Part shown: one piece after another, positions 26,559 to 62,571 of the stretch
Layout of the letters: every line of letters starts with the position of its first letter
Position numbering within the stretch: position 1 is the stretch's first letter
DNA from: Trichinella spiralis
Lineage: Eukaryota
Length of the DNA: 64,000 nt
Assembly: GCF_000181795.1 (NCBI RefSeq)
Contig: NW_003526941.1
Span: 2,823,933 to 2,887,932 of the forward strand
Reading direction: 5' to 3'
Made by a program: the position numbers and the translations under genes
Notes under the pieces: generated by a model
What the model was told of the DNA's origin: nothing
The model's database searches: none
The model's input: the letters and a program-made list of their open reading frames with translations, nothing else

Positions 26559-29500
26559 GTAAGTATGCTTTGTAAAGAAAAAATAGTTATATTTTGCTCA
26601 ACGTTGAGCAGTATTTTAAATAGGTATGCAGTGAGTGCATTGATGGCAGGTGGTGGTCGATCGAAATTGTCGATTGCTTGCGTGCATTGCTTATTTTAGA
26701 AATAATTTCGTGAAAAAAAGAAATGGCTTTTCCTCTAGTATTGCAAATTAGCAATAATCATCTTTGGGTATTTTATTATGGTAATAATTTTTTATTTGGC
26801 ATTTTAGGCTTTTTATGTTCGGTTGCAAGGAAAAGTATTCAGTTTGAATCGTTGACGCCATATTGTATTGTTTAATGTGGAATTGTCATTTCCATTTTCC
26901 CTCGTCAAAATATATCCCAATTAATTGGGCAAACTGTTACTGTGTTTGTATTGAAAATGGTTCTTCAATTTCTCCAATCTTCAATTTTTTTTATTTGACC
27001 AACAGTAACTCCATTACTGTTGCTTGTTGGTCGGCGGCAAGTGAGTTTTTGCTTATGGAGCTTTTGTCATCTTATTTTATTGTAGTTGTAGCTGCTTGTT
27101 CTGGTCACTACGCATGCGCAGCACAGAAATTGGAAAATTTGCTGGAATGTTTTTAAAATTTTTGATTTCTCGTCCAGTTATTATTGATTTTTAAAAATGG
27201 ACACACAACAATTGTTGACCGACCGGACTGATTGTTCTCCTCATCATTTGCTCGTTGGAATGGATGGTTTTTGAGTAGTAGTAGTAGTGAAATGTAGGAA
27301 TATGAAAGTGAAATTGTTGTGTTGTTAGTTGGCTGCCATTTTTGAAGCTCTGATGTATTGTTGTGTTGGACCAAAAGCGAAGAAGGCATTGTTTTCGCTT
27401 CCATTGTTAACAGAATACAACACCATGACCCAGTCTAGCTGGTCGAACTTGTTCCCCCTTGTAACTGTTACATTTTAGCACAGTGGGTTGTTAGAACAGT
27501 GTTTTCCAATGCTAACGACAAAGTCACAATAACTGATCATTATTGCATTTTGTTTGAAGCATGTTGGAAAACAAAGAAGAAGAAGAAATGTTCAACAGTT
27601 TGTATCTATTAGTGGTGGTGATTGATTGTATGTTTGTTCTGTGTTGTTCATTTCAATTTTTATTCATTTCTTGAAATTGGTAAGTATGCATGCTGATGGT
27701 ATGGCAATGGTTTATAGTGATGGTTTAATTTTGCATTCTTGATGCAACGTGAAAAATTAACAAACTTCGTTGCAGCGTGTTCTCGTGTAATAATCAACCG
27801 TATGCATTGCTGCTGCATTTGTTGCTAGTTGAAGAACAGCGACAGCTGTTTTACGCTTTTAATAACGGCTGTCAGTAGTTGTGTGTATGTATGTATTCTG
27901 ACGCTGGCGAACTTCTCTCTCTCTCTCTCTTTCTCTTTGCATTCCTTCATTTCCTTCCCTTTCGTTTCCTTTTCCCTCTGCCTCATCCTCTGGTTCGATC
28001 AAACAGCATGAAATACAGCTTACTTGAAGCTCTTGTTTTGCCGCTAAATATATTCCATATTGCAGTTCATCATTCGGACAACAGAAATTGAATGAATAGA
28101 AGAATATGATTAAAATAGCAATCATGGTTGTCATTATATTAGAAGAAGAAGAAGAAGAATTTTAAAAAAATAGGTGGAATACGAAGAAAATGATGACGAT
28201 GATGATGGATAAACTAGAAAACAGGAAAAATGCATTTTCAGTTTTCTAATTAAATTAAGTTAAATTAAATTAAATAATAATTCATTCACTTACTTCACTA
28301 CGCTACGCGGCGCCCGTTTGAATCGTGCTGCTTTTCATTGTATTATTTTTATGTGTTCTTTTTAAATATGGGATCTGTTTTCAGCATATAGTCCAAGCGG
28401 CATTTGCTGCCGTGCGTTTAGTTTTACCGATGCTACGAAGCGAAAGTTAATCAAAGGAAGAAAAAGAGAGAGTAGTGAAACGCGACGAGCGATATCCCGT
28501 TTTGGGCGTTGGGCCAGATCCCAACGGTTCATTCAACGGTAAGGATGCTTATTTATTTATTTATTTGTTTGTTTTTGTGAAACGGTACAAAATTTAGTCG
28601 AGAATTTTGCGTTTGGCAAAAGATTTTTGCCCTTCAACAAGAAAGAGATAAAATTGCTTTTAACCAAAGTGACTTCATTCATGACATCACCACCACCACC
28701 AGCGCCGCCTCCATCATCATCAGTTGATTGCTGATCCACGACGACAATCTTTTCACTTTTTTGTTTTGTTTTTCATTTTTTATTTTTCGTTCGACAACTC
28801 TTACCTCAGTTTTTTCATCGCAACTACTACAGATATTACAATTCACAACTAGTGGTAAGTAGAATTTATGTTGCTTTTTTTAAGTTTTTTTTTTGCTTTA
28901 TTGTTGTTGTTGTAAGCATTTTCTTTGTCAATTCATGCAAATTGATGTGAATTCGATCTTTTCTTCCCAATGTTCCGCTTGCATAGCAATTGCATTAATC
29001 TGCGACCGATTTATTGTACTGCATTTGCTTTGTATTGCATTTTGCATTGTGTTGCAGTGTCAATAGAGAGACAGGGAGGGAGGTGGGGGTGATTTTTTTG
29101 ATTGACATTTCATTTGCTTTCTTGTATTGTTCAATCTTTAAAACTGGTGTAGTTATCGAAATAATTTTCTACCACTTTTTACCTATGTCATTCCGATGAT
29201 GTAAATGTCGTCATTTGGTATTATTGCATGGCAAGAGTGGTGTTTCTGTGATGATGGGCGACATTATTAATTTACAATCAGCTTACTCTTCAAACTTGAA
29301 CTGACGAAAAAGAATGTTTTCAATAATTTGTTAAATTGAATATTGTTTTTTGGAAAAAAGATTTATTTCACTTGGTGGTGGTACAGATTGATTTCGGCTG
29401 TGGTAAAAACAACAAAATAGAGTTTGGAAATTTGATAAGCACACAAAGAGACACAGCGTCAGTAGAGAAGCAAGCATTTATTAGATTTTCTTCATTGGAT

Positions 29501-32500
29501 CTGATGACACATTCTTTTTACGCTGTTATTTAACAATATAAAAAAAATATTATTTCATTCAACGTGTGACGTATTCGTTGTGATGGAAATCATCATATTT
29601 ATTTATTTATTTATGTTCTTTTATTAATAATGATGGCTTGGATTTGACCATTGTAATTTTGAAGATAACAACAGTGATTTATTTCGCTGACGATCGGTGG
29701 ATGCTGATGTGATAATAATTATTATTATTATTATAATAGCGCAGTGTATTGGTTGAAGAAGAAAGGAAGGATAATCCTGGGTGTTGTCAGATGATTATTG
29801 TTTTGTTCTTCTATATTCAACGGGGTTGAATGCGTGTTTTTTGTAATTGCTGCATTAACATTGGATAACCAAGGGCATGAATCATCATAATTATCAAACA
29901 GAATAAGAAAAAAAAGCACTTCCCTAGTTTGTTTTCGGGTTGACGTGTCTGCTTGCTTGTTTGCATAATTTTCGAGTAATAAAGGATGGCCACTTTTGAG
30001 TGAGCTGAAAAATGACAGGCAGATTTTTCTGCTGTTCATATTGCACAGCTGACTTCGTTGAAGTTCGTTCGCGTTTTGCTTGCCCAAATCAAATGGCAAA
30101 GCCGCAGGGGGAGTTTGCAACAGCAAACGACAACTAAGCATCGACGATGATCATCGGCTCGGTTGCACTCGTTTTTCCTCTGTTTCTCGCAGCTTATTGT
30201 GATGGGAACGTTTCGACATTGATTCGAAATATGTCACTTTTTACGTTGTTTAAAAATAAATTTTTTTTGATGTTTTTCCCGCACATCCTGGGGTAACCAA
30301 ATTCTACAGATGAATTAGTTGAATATTCAAATGTTGTGATGACGCTTTCGATGTTTAGCAGTATATAATTGATTTATTTACTTCAGCAGCAGCAAACGAC
30401 AGCTTTTAATAGCGAGGTTCTTTTTTTGAAATGTACTTCAATTAATGTTTGTTTCAAAAGCAAGAAATGATGTTCGATGACAGAGGAGTGTGTTTTGTGT
30501 TGTTTTTATTGTTGTTGCTTTGTTCATTTCTTAATACCATTCATCAGTGCATATCGAACGATAAGCAGTTCTTTCCTAGTTCAAGCGTATTTGTTGACCT
30601 TTGCCAAATTCTGTGTGTTGTACAGCTGTTTTCGACAAACATTCATGCATGCTTTGCAAAATGAAGATTACACCTAATATAGTGTATTTTAGGTGTAAAA
30701 TGAAAATATGTTGTTGTTGTTGTTTTTATATTGCTTTTTTAATTATTATTTTGCCATTACTATTTTTTGCGTACACTTGATGTCATATTTGTCATCCGGT
30801 TGACTGGCCTGGGAGAGGGGTAGTGAAAAGTAGAGAGGTAGAGAGAGGAGGGGTAGGTTTAGAAGAGGTAGAGCGATGAAAATGATTTGTGGCGTTGCGC
30901 AACGCTCGAGACTGACTTTTTGACAGAACGCGTTAAGTTTATTGCTTTTTACGGTGGCATGCGAAGCAATAAACGCATCCTGTCTGTGTCATAGAGATGA
31001 TTGTTTGAAAAATGATCAGCCGACTGACATAAGCATTTTATTTATTATTGCTCATCTCCAAAGAGGCCTTTCATCTGACGTACGTGTGTGTAGGAAATTT
31101 GCATATCTATTATCAGATTTACTCTGCAATTGTTGTCTGTTTGAATTTGAATCGATGAAATCATTTGTATTATTATTATTATTATTCTAATTATTAGTCG
31201 GCGTTTTTGTTGTAAACGAAACAATTCAGTTCAACAAATTGGATATCGTTTGACGTTGGCGCCAGTTGCGTGAATAGTTAGTTAGTTGTCTGTTGAGGTG
31301 CGTGCGAATTGATTGCTTCCGCAGTATCGGAAGCGTTCTACAATGCGATCCGCTTGCTCAGTGGTGACATTGATTTAAGCCCCTTGGATGGGAGAGAAAA
31401 ATTTTTGAAAAACGATCGACCACCAAACGCGCGCACTGCATTCAATTTGTACTTATTGCATTCAGGTGTGCACAAAATTCTCATCATCATCATCTTCTTC
31501 TTCTTCTTCATCATCATCATCACTACGTCTACGATGCTTAGTATTTTTTCATATATTTATTTATGTTTTTCACTGTGTTACTTCTGTTTCAGTTGTTTTT
31601 TTTTTGTAAAATTTATTCCGCAGCTATACTTAATTTGTATGCATTTTTAAAATGTGTGTATACACACAATTACCCTAATTAATTGTTCAAATGCATGAAA
31701 TTAGAAATGAAAATTTTAATCTGATAAGTATACAACTTTCAAATGTTTGTTTAATAATGTCCATGATAAAAGGCTGTTAAAATGTAAATTGTGTGCATAA
31801 ATTGCAAAGTTGTTTGTAAAAAAAATTTCCCATTTTAAATGTATAGGCGTAGATGTTTGACGTGTGTTTGTGGTGCTAGTATTGCAGAATTGATGATTTT
31901 TAGCTAACGACAAAGTTAGCTCATGAAGTGTTCCGTAATTATTGCAATCAATCGTTATTCTTTTCCGACAACCAAAAGTTATTTGACGCTGACAGCTACG
32001 AAAATGCGTGCTTTATTCAAGTTTCTGTGTAGTAAATTATTTTTCACCCCCTTCTTAACGATATATTGAATTTTTCGACCATGCGAGAAAGCCACCCTGC
32101 TTGTCTATTGTAAAAACTGCTTTTCATTACAGTCGTCGTCAGACGAAGACGAAAATCAATTGCTGCAGGTTGGTATGGATTTCAAGGTGGATGGATTATT
32201 ATTATTCCTCGCTCCCTCTCTCTCTCTCTCTACCTCTTTTCCAGAATTTTTCTTCCTCTTATTATCATCATCATCATTATTATTCACGCACATTAAATAT
32301 GTTCTGATTCGTCGTTTATTAGTTTTCAATTAAGGAATATCAATAATGTATGGCCTTCCATGTTCTGAGTGACGATATCTGTAATCAGTGATGCGCGTTA
32401 TTGGAATGATATTTTAATGAAAATTTTGAAAAAAAAAAATTTTTTTACTTGCTTTTTAATTTTCCTTTTCACATTCACGCATTTACATTCTGAAGTTAGT

Positions 32501-35500
32501 TGAATACGATTTGTGTGTGTTTGTAATTTTACTTGCATGATGATTATTTTTTCTTCTTTTACTATTCGATCACTCAGTAAGTATATAGATGGAGGAATAA
32601 TTGAACGTGGAAAGAAGATTGAAAGAAAATCTTTCCAATGAAAATGTGCAAATGGTCATTTCTATTAAAAATGTGGTTTGCATTTAGTAGTAGTGATGAA
32701 TTATGAGTTGAAAATGTTTTTTAGTTTTATTTACATCATCATTTATCCCATCTATACGTAAGATGAATTCGGTTTTGAAATGGCGCGATAAAATCGCCAC
32801 TGTCAGTGTGGATAGATCGATTGTATTCGATCGCTTATTGTCAACGGAGATGGAAGCCAAAGCATTTTCAACTTTTCTACTAATGTGAGAACATTATTTA
32901 TTTAGTGCGTGTAAACAAACCTTGTCTGCATATTTCGCAAAAGTTGCATGCACATCAACCAGCAGTAGATATCGATTCTGTTGACTCTGACAACGACCTG
33001 GTCGTCTCGATGGCTGCCACCATGTATATATATATATATATATATATGCAGCAGATCATTCTAATCACTGGTTCACTCATTTTGTTTTACACTGAGAATT
33101 TTGCACTTTATTTTCAGTTTTTTTTTTCATCTGATGTTGATTTTACATAAATTACAACTGGAGAGACGTTTTTCTTTTGATGAATAATAACTGTAATGGA
33201 AGGTGGAAGTTATTTTATACATTACGAGAAATGATGCATTTGGTGTTTTTATGTCGTTGCTGCTGTGCACTTAATTTAATTTTTATTCCATTTCTGTCTT
33301 TTCTTCTTTGGTTAAAAATGGACTATTGGAGAGACAAGTTAATTTGAAATATGCAATACAGTGAATGCAGGTTGACTGACTGGCTATGAATCAGCCAAGT
33401 AAGTACTTATTGTAATAAAATTCACGCCATCTTCGTTGCAGTTTTTATCTTTTTCGTTAATGCACAGCATGCACGCACTCACAAATGAGAAAATTTCAAA
33501 AAAGTAGAATTTTTAAAGCATCGATGATGGACATGGAAAATTTATTTGCTCGCTAATTGAAAATTTCTTTTCAAACAGTTGTTGTGCGAATAAATTATCG
33601 CTTTCACCACCAAATGATTATAATTTTTTGTCGTCAGCCGGTGAGATTTTTGTTGATTTTTTCCTCTGTTTTCTTCATTTTATTTTATTTTTTTAAAAAT
33701 CAAATTTAATTGTCCGTTGACTTATGGCATCTTTTGTCGTGCAATTTTGCTAATAGAGCACGTCTGCAATGTGGGCTGGCTTTTTTTTATTGTTATTACC
33801 ATTCACGGATCATCGTCATCATCTGTCTCTCCGTCTGTCTGTCTGTCTGTCTGTCTGTGTAATAATATAAAGCTGAGCAGCAGCTTTTTATTTCCCTTTT
33901 ACCTCTTGGGTTATTATTATATTAATCTTTGATCAGTTGGTCAGCTTTTGCTTTTTATTCTCTTCATAATCTTTATTTTTAGGACAGTTTTTTTTCCTTC
34001 TTTCTTATGAGAGACTCTGATCGAAATAGTAAAACTTTTAACAATAATAGTAAAGAGGGAGGGGTTTTTTGTACTTATTCAGTATCAATATCAATATCAA
34101 TATTTCATCAGTCTTGTTAGTAGAATTGGCGTTGATATTATATTTTGCTGATTGAGAAGCTGACTTGTCGATGATACTTTCTTTATGTTGTTAATTTCTT
34201 ATCGTTGACTTGTAGATCGTGTAACTAGCTAGCTGAAGCGGTGGTTGAATAAATATCCGGAAGCATATGAGGCGAGTAGGAGGTGAGGAATGTTGAAGGA
34301 AAGGCGGTGGCGATTCATTTAGTTGTTTTTATTTTAAACAAACAAGGATCATCAATTTTAAAGTTTGTTTAATGTGTTTCATTGAAACAAATTTTATCTC
34401 ATCCGCCCAGTGTTTTTATTTGTTCATTAAACGGATCGTCGGTTTATTTTCATAGTTGAAGATAACTTTTTTTGAATTTTTTAATTTAAAAAGTATATTC
34501 AGGTTTAGTGTTTTCTGCTGTTGAGACAACTTGTGAGATAGGCGGGAAAAATTGAAAACACCACTACCATGTAATAATTACTTTTACTACTTTACTCATT
34601 GTTATTTAACTTTACTTGCTTGCTTACTTACTACTGCTTCTACCACTAATGCTACTACTACTACTGATACTGCTACTGCTAGTCTGCTACTACTGGCTTA
34701 ATGTCGCAGCCGCGTTTTGTTGTTGGCTGCAAAATTTTCTCGCACTCGTGATCCCGTTCGATCGCCTGCCTCTCTTTCTCTCTCTCTATTTCTACTCGAC
34801 GTGTTTTCTCTTGTCTTACTTCTCTCTTTCTCGTTCATGTGCACATGCACAGCTTTCTCTCTCTTTCCCTCTTGCTTTTCTTTGCTTTTTCTTTTTATTC
34901 ATTTTGTTTCACATTTCTATAATCTCTCACTTCCCCTTACACACACATGTATGTGGATATGCCTCACTTTCTCGTCTTTTTTTGTTTAACATATTGTGAA
35001 TAGTTGTGATATTGTTTATTTATTTATTATTTATTTATTGTATTTGTTATATTTATTACGCAGTTTACCTTTTTTTGACAATAATAATTATCTTGACCAT
35101 TTTGTGGATGGTACTTTTTTGTGAGTTAAGTTTTTCCATTTTTAGTGATGATAATTATAAATGTGTTTTCTTGTGGAAAATTGAATTTTTTTTTGCAAAA
35201 GTTCTCAGGAAAACTGTTGATTTCATGCTGTCGTTTGTGCTTCTATATATATATTCTCAGTGAAGTGTCATTGTTGAGAGGTAGCTGTTGTTGTCTCTAG
35301 CCGATAGCGGTGATTTTTTGCAATCAAATCTGGCGCGTTTTGTTCTCATCGTCCAACCCAGCCAAGCAGCAACCTCTTCCATATTTCGAAAAATATTATT
35401 TTCAGCTCCTCCCATTGATTAGTTTCTGTTACGATTAATTATTAATAATCATAATACTACAATTTTCATAAACTAATTTGTTCTTTTCTTTGATTATTTT

Positions 35501-35536
35501 TCGTTTTAGATTGCAAATCGTCGCTGATTGGCAACG

Positions 35537-46186
<10,650 letters not shown>

Positions 46187-46296
46187 GTCAGCGACAACAC
46201 AACCATCATTTGTATATTTCTATTTTTTCATTGCTTTTTTACAAAAGAAAACGCTGTCCTTGTATTATCTAATCTTGGTCATACATGCGTTCGCAC

Positions 46297-46331
<35 letters not shown>

Positions 46332-49006
46332 TGGGTGTACGATTGTTTGTCTGCAGGTGCATTTGTATGTGTGTGTGTATGTGTGTATCGATTGGTCCGC
46401 TTATATGTATATTTACATATGCACACAACTTTCATAATGCGAAAAAACTGACAAGCAGGCGTATTTAACCTGTCGAGCACTTTCAACATGCCTTACTGAT
46501 TGTTACCTTGATCATTTTTTCTTTCTTTCTTTCTTAGCAGTTTGCTTTTGCTTCATTTTCAGCATTCATTTTGTAAGGCGAATTTTCAAACATTAGTTTT
46601 ACGTTGAATATTGAAATTTTATCTACTTTTCTCCATAATCATTATTGCTGTTCAAAGTTGCGCTATTTTGTTTTTTATTCAGTATGTTTGTTTTAGCAAC
46701 ATGCATTATCTTCTCCATTTTTTCAAATTTCATTTACGTATTATCTCCCCCCCCCGAAATCCCTACAAATGGTTATACAACAACGGCTATGCAACAAAAT
46801 GTTTTGCCGTCTCTCTTTTTTTTGCTTTATTTTCTATTTCCTATCTTGTACATTTTTTGTACAGATCACGAACAGAACGTCTTTCTTTATTCCTGCTAGT
46901 GAGTTGAGTTCAGTGTTCGTAATCTTTTGTGATCATCAGATCGGTGAATCATTGTTGACACTGAACTTGGCTTCTCAAATGCCGTTCTTTCTACATAGAG
47001 CAGTGCAGTAATTTTTCTTGTAATCTGGATCTCTGTTTTGGTCGTCTCAACGCTGCTTATCTCATCTTTGATGATGCTAACGCTTGAGACCGCAAACAAC
47101 TTTTATTGCTTTCAAATACGAACAGCATAGATAGATATGCTACAGGATATTATTTTTGTTTTTTTATGTATCATCTTTGTTAGTTGTTTGTTTTTTTTTA
47201 TTTTGTAAGTGTTTCAGCTTAGACTAGTATTATTTTTTATTATCATTAGTCGCTTCGAATTTTTCATTTTATTATATTTTTGTTTCGGCCTTTTGTGCGT
47301 GAAATCCATATAAAAGATTGTTTTTCTTTACAAAAAAGCTACTTCTTGTTTTGTTGTATGGTATTTTGCGTAGTTTTGTTTTGATTTTTTTTATATGCGC
47401 GCATACGATGTTATTCTGCAAGAAAATGATAATGTCCTGTGAAAAGGCATTCGCTTGGTGTTGTGCATGCATGACGACGATGATGATGATACATTTGATG
47501 GATAACTTACAAAAAAACGTTCATTGATAAAATTGTTCGGCCATAAATGAGACTTCTGTCCACCGTAGTAGTTTTTTTTACCTAATGTTGACTTATTATT
47601 TCTAATCGTTCACAGTGTGAAGAAAGTTTCTACATTTGTGTCTTTTGTGGATTTTTTTCAATTTTTTCGCTCTCTTCTGTCTCTCCTTACAAAATATTTC
47701 ATTAAATAATTTTTAAATTGAACTGTGTGCGTGCCTATTAAAAAAGGGAATTAATTGTAATGGTTGATGGTAAAGTTTGATCTTGAACTTCATTCAAATG
47801 CTACAGTACACTGTTTTCACGCGAACGTGATAGAGTAACATCAAATGGAAATTGAAAGCTTGGAAGGCTGAACAAATTTATGTGCAATTCGAAAGCAACA
47901 CAATTTCAAAATGGCTTGTTCACATACAAACTGAATGAGCTGAATTGAAAATATTCATTTATGAGTTTTTTTTAATTCTTTGATGCTGTTCAAAGTAAAA
48001 GAATACGCAAGAAATAATAATGATAAATAGTACATGTTATTATGTTGGTTATAAATAAATAAGCAGTGTACTTATGGCATGTGAATCATAGAACTAGTAA
48101 GAAAACACAACGAAAATGTGCTTGTTGTTGATTCATTCGTTCAAACAATTCCAACCTCTACTATTGGAAATAATAACACCACCAACAGTTGTTCGGCTCA
48201 GACGAGATCGTATCACAACTTTCCAAATGTTAACGACAGTGGGTTCATCCTTATTCAGGTACTGCCCATTTGGAAAGTTCAACAACAATTTTCATCATCA
48301 TCACTGCCAAGTGATTACTTGTTCACCTATCAAGATCCTGCTACCCAGTGTATCGCAACAGCGCTGTGGGTTTTGAAAATTTATAGCCCATGAAGATCTG
48401 TCTTTATGCTACATTATATCAAACAGATTTTTTTCACTTTGACTGATAAGTGAATTGAAAAATCATTATCACAAAACCAAAAAATTTCCCGCAAAATTTC
48501 TGAATACAACTTTAGAACAACTTGTTATTGTTTCAAGAAACTTTCTCTTATAAAGTAAAAGTGCATTTCAACTATAAAATAAAAACACTACAAAATACTA
48601 TTGAAGTAACTCAAAATGTTTGTGAAAAACAGTTTATTACTTTTAACTAACTTGAAAAAATGTTTACTGTAATACAGTATTCGTTTTTTCATTTAAAAAA
48701 ACTATTTGAAAATATGTTTTTATATTAATTAATATTATTCAGAAATGAATGGACTGATGTTCCGGTTATTATTGGTTTAAGATTTTTTGATAAAAAGTTT
48801 AATTTGGAAGGATTGTTGTTTGCCGTTTTTAGAAGAAAAAGTTAAAGAAAAGATAGAATAAATTTTCCTGCGCGTTGATTATTGAAAGAAAAAAACATGT
48901 AAGTTGAAATTTATAAACTATTTTTTGTACGTTATATGTATTTTTGCATTTTCTTTACAATCAGTACTTTCAGCAGTATTAATAGCGGTTATTTTCTTCA
49001 GCAGTG

Positions 49007-58889
<9,883 letters not shown>

Positions 58890-61276
58890 AAATGACACTT
58901 GTTGGAATTGTATTTGATTCACTTTATTTTACATTCGGTTTTGTTATTTGATTTTTTTTTCATTTCTTAAAATTCAAATTGGAAAAAAACAAAAGAAAAA
59001 TACGAAAACATATCTTGCAATTTCAGTTTTTGTTGCAATTATCTTTTACATTGTTTGCTTTACAAAATAGCTTTTCCAAAGCAAAATTGCAGACGATTGT
59101 ACTTTTTGGTGTTGATTGAGTGAATGAGACGATCGATCAGTTACCGGTGGTGGGTGATTATCAGCAACAAGGCAGAGGCGGTCGGCTTTGTGTACGCGGC
59201 GCTCAACAGTGCGGCAAAAGTGTCGAATTTAGTTAATCGACAACATTGTGCAGCGCTAGCATCACACTTTCGTCAAGCTTTCGTTTCTTAGATTTTGTTT
59301 TTGTTGTCAGTTTTCCTTTGGTTGATCTCAGTTGAGCATTTCACAAGTTCCACTGGCATGTCGTTGAAGTGGAAATGGAACTTATTAAGCGAAAAGTTCA
59401 AGCAGCATGCTTCTTCTTATTCTTCTTCTGTTTTCTTTTTCATATTATTATTATTATTAATCTTCCATATCCATACTTGGAGCAGTTCATAATTGTTATT
59501 TTTCATCGTTAATCGAATTGGATAAAAAATTTAAAGCTGACTTTATTGAAAATAGCAGTGGTTTCGCTTGGGTGAGGCTAAATTTGTTCAGTATGTCACA
59601 TTTTTCGCATTCTGCGTTGATAGCTGAAAATAAATCTCAACAAATGACACACGCCTATTTGTTCGACTAGCCGCTGTATGTTGTTTGGGTGTAAATTTAT
59701 TTTTATCAACACATTATTATTAGTATTATTATTCTTTATATCCATCCCGTTTGCACTGGATACAAACCAAATAATTTCTGCTTAGACTTTTTCTGAAACA
59801 AGCCATCTTTCAGAGAATTTGCCGAAGATCAATTTTTTATTTCCTTAGCTGTTTCCACTTTTGGATGCTGCAGTTTCGCTTTTGGCAAAGTTGAGTCCGT
59901 TTTCATGTCCATGAGAAGTGAGCTCTGTGTTCCCATGTTGTCAGTTTGATAAATTTTCCTCAATTTGACAGTTTCGTTTTGGAATTTCGTCACAATCGAT
60001 CGGCTTTGACATTTGGCGCCTCATTTTGTCAGAATTGAGCATCCCTTTCTAGACACGCTTGACGTCTGCAATCAATCACCGACTTTCTGAAGTACAGCAA
60101 TTCATTTTCCGGTGATTGAACTCCAACAAACGAAAAAACGAAACTATACATATTATAATTATCAATTTTTCAAAATTCTGTTTCCCATTCTATACAATTG
60201 CTTATCTGTTTTTTTTATTGTTTTTTAATGTTTAAAGAAGTTTAAAATAAAAAATTATCATTTCTTCTTTATCAGTCACATTTTAAAAGATTTTCTTCCA
60301 CTTCTTCGATAAGCAATAAACAAATAAATAAGCAAACATGTTGTTTTGTGGGCGTCGATGAAAAAAGAAAATGAGTACGTAGTATATTAAAATAACATTC
60401 TCTGACGTTTCTCTCCATCCATTTAATTGTATATTTTAAAATGCACCATTGTGCAACAAATGTTTGCCGTCGTTGTTATTCAAGCATTAATTCAGCTTAA
60501 TTTACCTGCTTGTCAATATTTTTGTACTGTAAAACATACTGTGGATAATTTATCAATATTCAAATTGTATTAATTGCTGATGGAATTAATATTGATTTTC
60601 AGTAATTAAGTCACGCAATGAACACGCAGTGCCGAAACAGTCCATTGCTGTACTGAACGTGAAAACGATATACAGGAAAGAAAAACTACCTTACCGTCTG
60701 TCTGATTTGCAGGCTTGATTTGCTGATCACGTTCAAAAACAAGAAGAAAAATATCATTTATATATTTTCAAATATACATTTGTGATGAAACATGGACAAT
60801 ATTTATCTTTAATTTGGCCTGTTAGAAGCAGAACTCTAAAATTCTGAGAAAAACTCTACTACCTTCGTTTAAAAATAATAAAAGTAAAAAATCAAATCAT
60901 CTCTGAAACAGATTTACTTTTTAACGTATTTTTGAACTTTTATTTAAATAAAAACTTTTAAGAGTACGCGATAGACTTTGTTTGGTATCGTATTACTTGT
61001 CGACTTAAATCATTTCACTACTTGATTCAAACGGATGCATTGCAGCTAGCTATTGATACTTAATTTCTAATTGTACTGTGTTAAACAAGTGGATCGCCGA
61101 AACAAGATCATTTGACGTTGATGGTTATTATGTGAAGGTTTGTCTTTTTTTCCACGATCACTTACGAACAACTTGCCGGAAAAGATTTCCCAGTAGCGCT
61201 CCGGTTCGAATGTGAGCATTGTTCTTTGGTATTGTTTTCGAAATTTTATCGACACCATATATCTAGACAAACAAAG

Positions 61277-62571
61277 ATGAGAAACATGTACACCAACCCG
61301 GCGACCAACAGAAGCGGCTCTCATCGGGAGCGGCTGCGTACACATCTCATATTTGGACCAGCTCCAAATCGACTGGCGCGAAAATCTCGGCGTCGCAAAG
61401 GTATGGAAAATTTACTGTTTTGCATTGTAAATTTTTGAATTTTATCAGTTCATTAAGTTAATGCACTTCAATTCATATTAGGTGCTAATTTGCAAAAGCC
61501 AACGTCGATTCAGCATGATGTGGCCGTGCAGACACCGTTGGAACTTGATCCGTCGCAGTGGACAGGCAACCAACGGGTTGTTCACTACGGGCCGATGGCT
61601 TACCGCGATCCGTACATTTATTATTATCCGAAAGGATGGAATGTGCTTTATCCGGCCCAGTTTGGATTTTTTCCATACCGGACAAGAAAATTTCGTGGTT
61701 CCAGTCCGATAGTTTGCCTATCGGCGTTTGGAGTTTTCTGTTCAATCGGTGGTGCTGTTATGACTTACTTGGCTTATTATGTTCTATTTTTGGAAGACGA
61801 TCAACCGTTGCATCCTATTCAGGTACACTGTTATTATTATTATTATTTATTTTGACTTTTTTTCCGGTTGTTTTCAAGTATTTTGTTCTTGTTGCAGATT
61901 GTAGGCCCATTTTTGCTTTTCGTTGGTATTTGGTTGTTGCTGATCGGATCTCTTTGGTGGCTGTGTTCGTTGAATCTTTGCAGCGAACATTTGAGACACA
62001 CGCAACCGCATCACGTGAAACCGAGAAAAATTGTTCGACAAGACGATGAATTTCAGGTATATATCTAACGGGCCGACTGTTCATTTCTGTCTGTTGATTT
62101 ATTTATTTGACAATAAACGTCAAGTCATTTGTTTGTTTGTTTGTTTGTTTTCATGTGTAAGCTTTCAGATGCCAAAGATTCGGAAGAACGTGGCCGAAAA
62201 TTCACCATATTTGCCTCCTCCGCCACCGCCGCTTCCAGTGTTGCAGAACGCTTGCACTGATCTCTCGCTGTACGAACCAGTGAAAGAGATGAAACTCTAC
62301 CCACCGGCGTAAGCAATGCTTTACAGTTGAAAAATACTAGCTTGTTATTAATTAATTCGTTTCGCTGATCCTGGTGTTCAGTTTTCCAGGTGTCGGATCT
62401 TTGAATTTGTCCACCTCATCAGTGTCGTACGTGACTCCTTATGGAACGTTGCGTAAGACAAGCAATCACGGTGACGAAACATCTTTGGTTTTTGAAAATC
62501 ACAGCTTTGCACCCACACTCAGAGACGGTACAACTCGAAGTACAAGCTTCAGACTCGCTCGACGTCCATAA
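61277..62571 (+). CDS. Uncharacterised two-transmembrane protein with a Pro-rich tail, ~317 aa. Exons 61277-61400, 61482-61822, 61898-62056, 62169-62308, 62382-62571
   Basis: Five separate ORF-track fragments join in frame through four GT-AG introns (954 nt). Two hydrophobic helices (PIVCLSAFGVFCSIGGAVMTYLAYYVLF; IVGPFLLFVGIWLLLIGSLWWLC) and PYLPPPPPPLP. Further upstream exons cannot be excluded. Confidence 0.8.

Noticed and set aside
28296..28325. CGCGGCGCCCGTTTGAA resembling an E2F/CHR (DREAM) element
   Set aside because: A single short degenerate match, with no TSS evidence and no cell-cycle gene nearby.
13700..35400. Dozens of 60-140 aa ORFs rich in F/L/I/C/Y that look like membrane proteins
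   Set aside because: They are translations of T-rich non-coding DNA and microsatellites, mostly with TTG/GTG starts. They have no motifs and no consistent splice structure.
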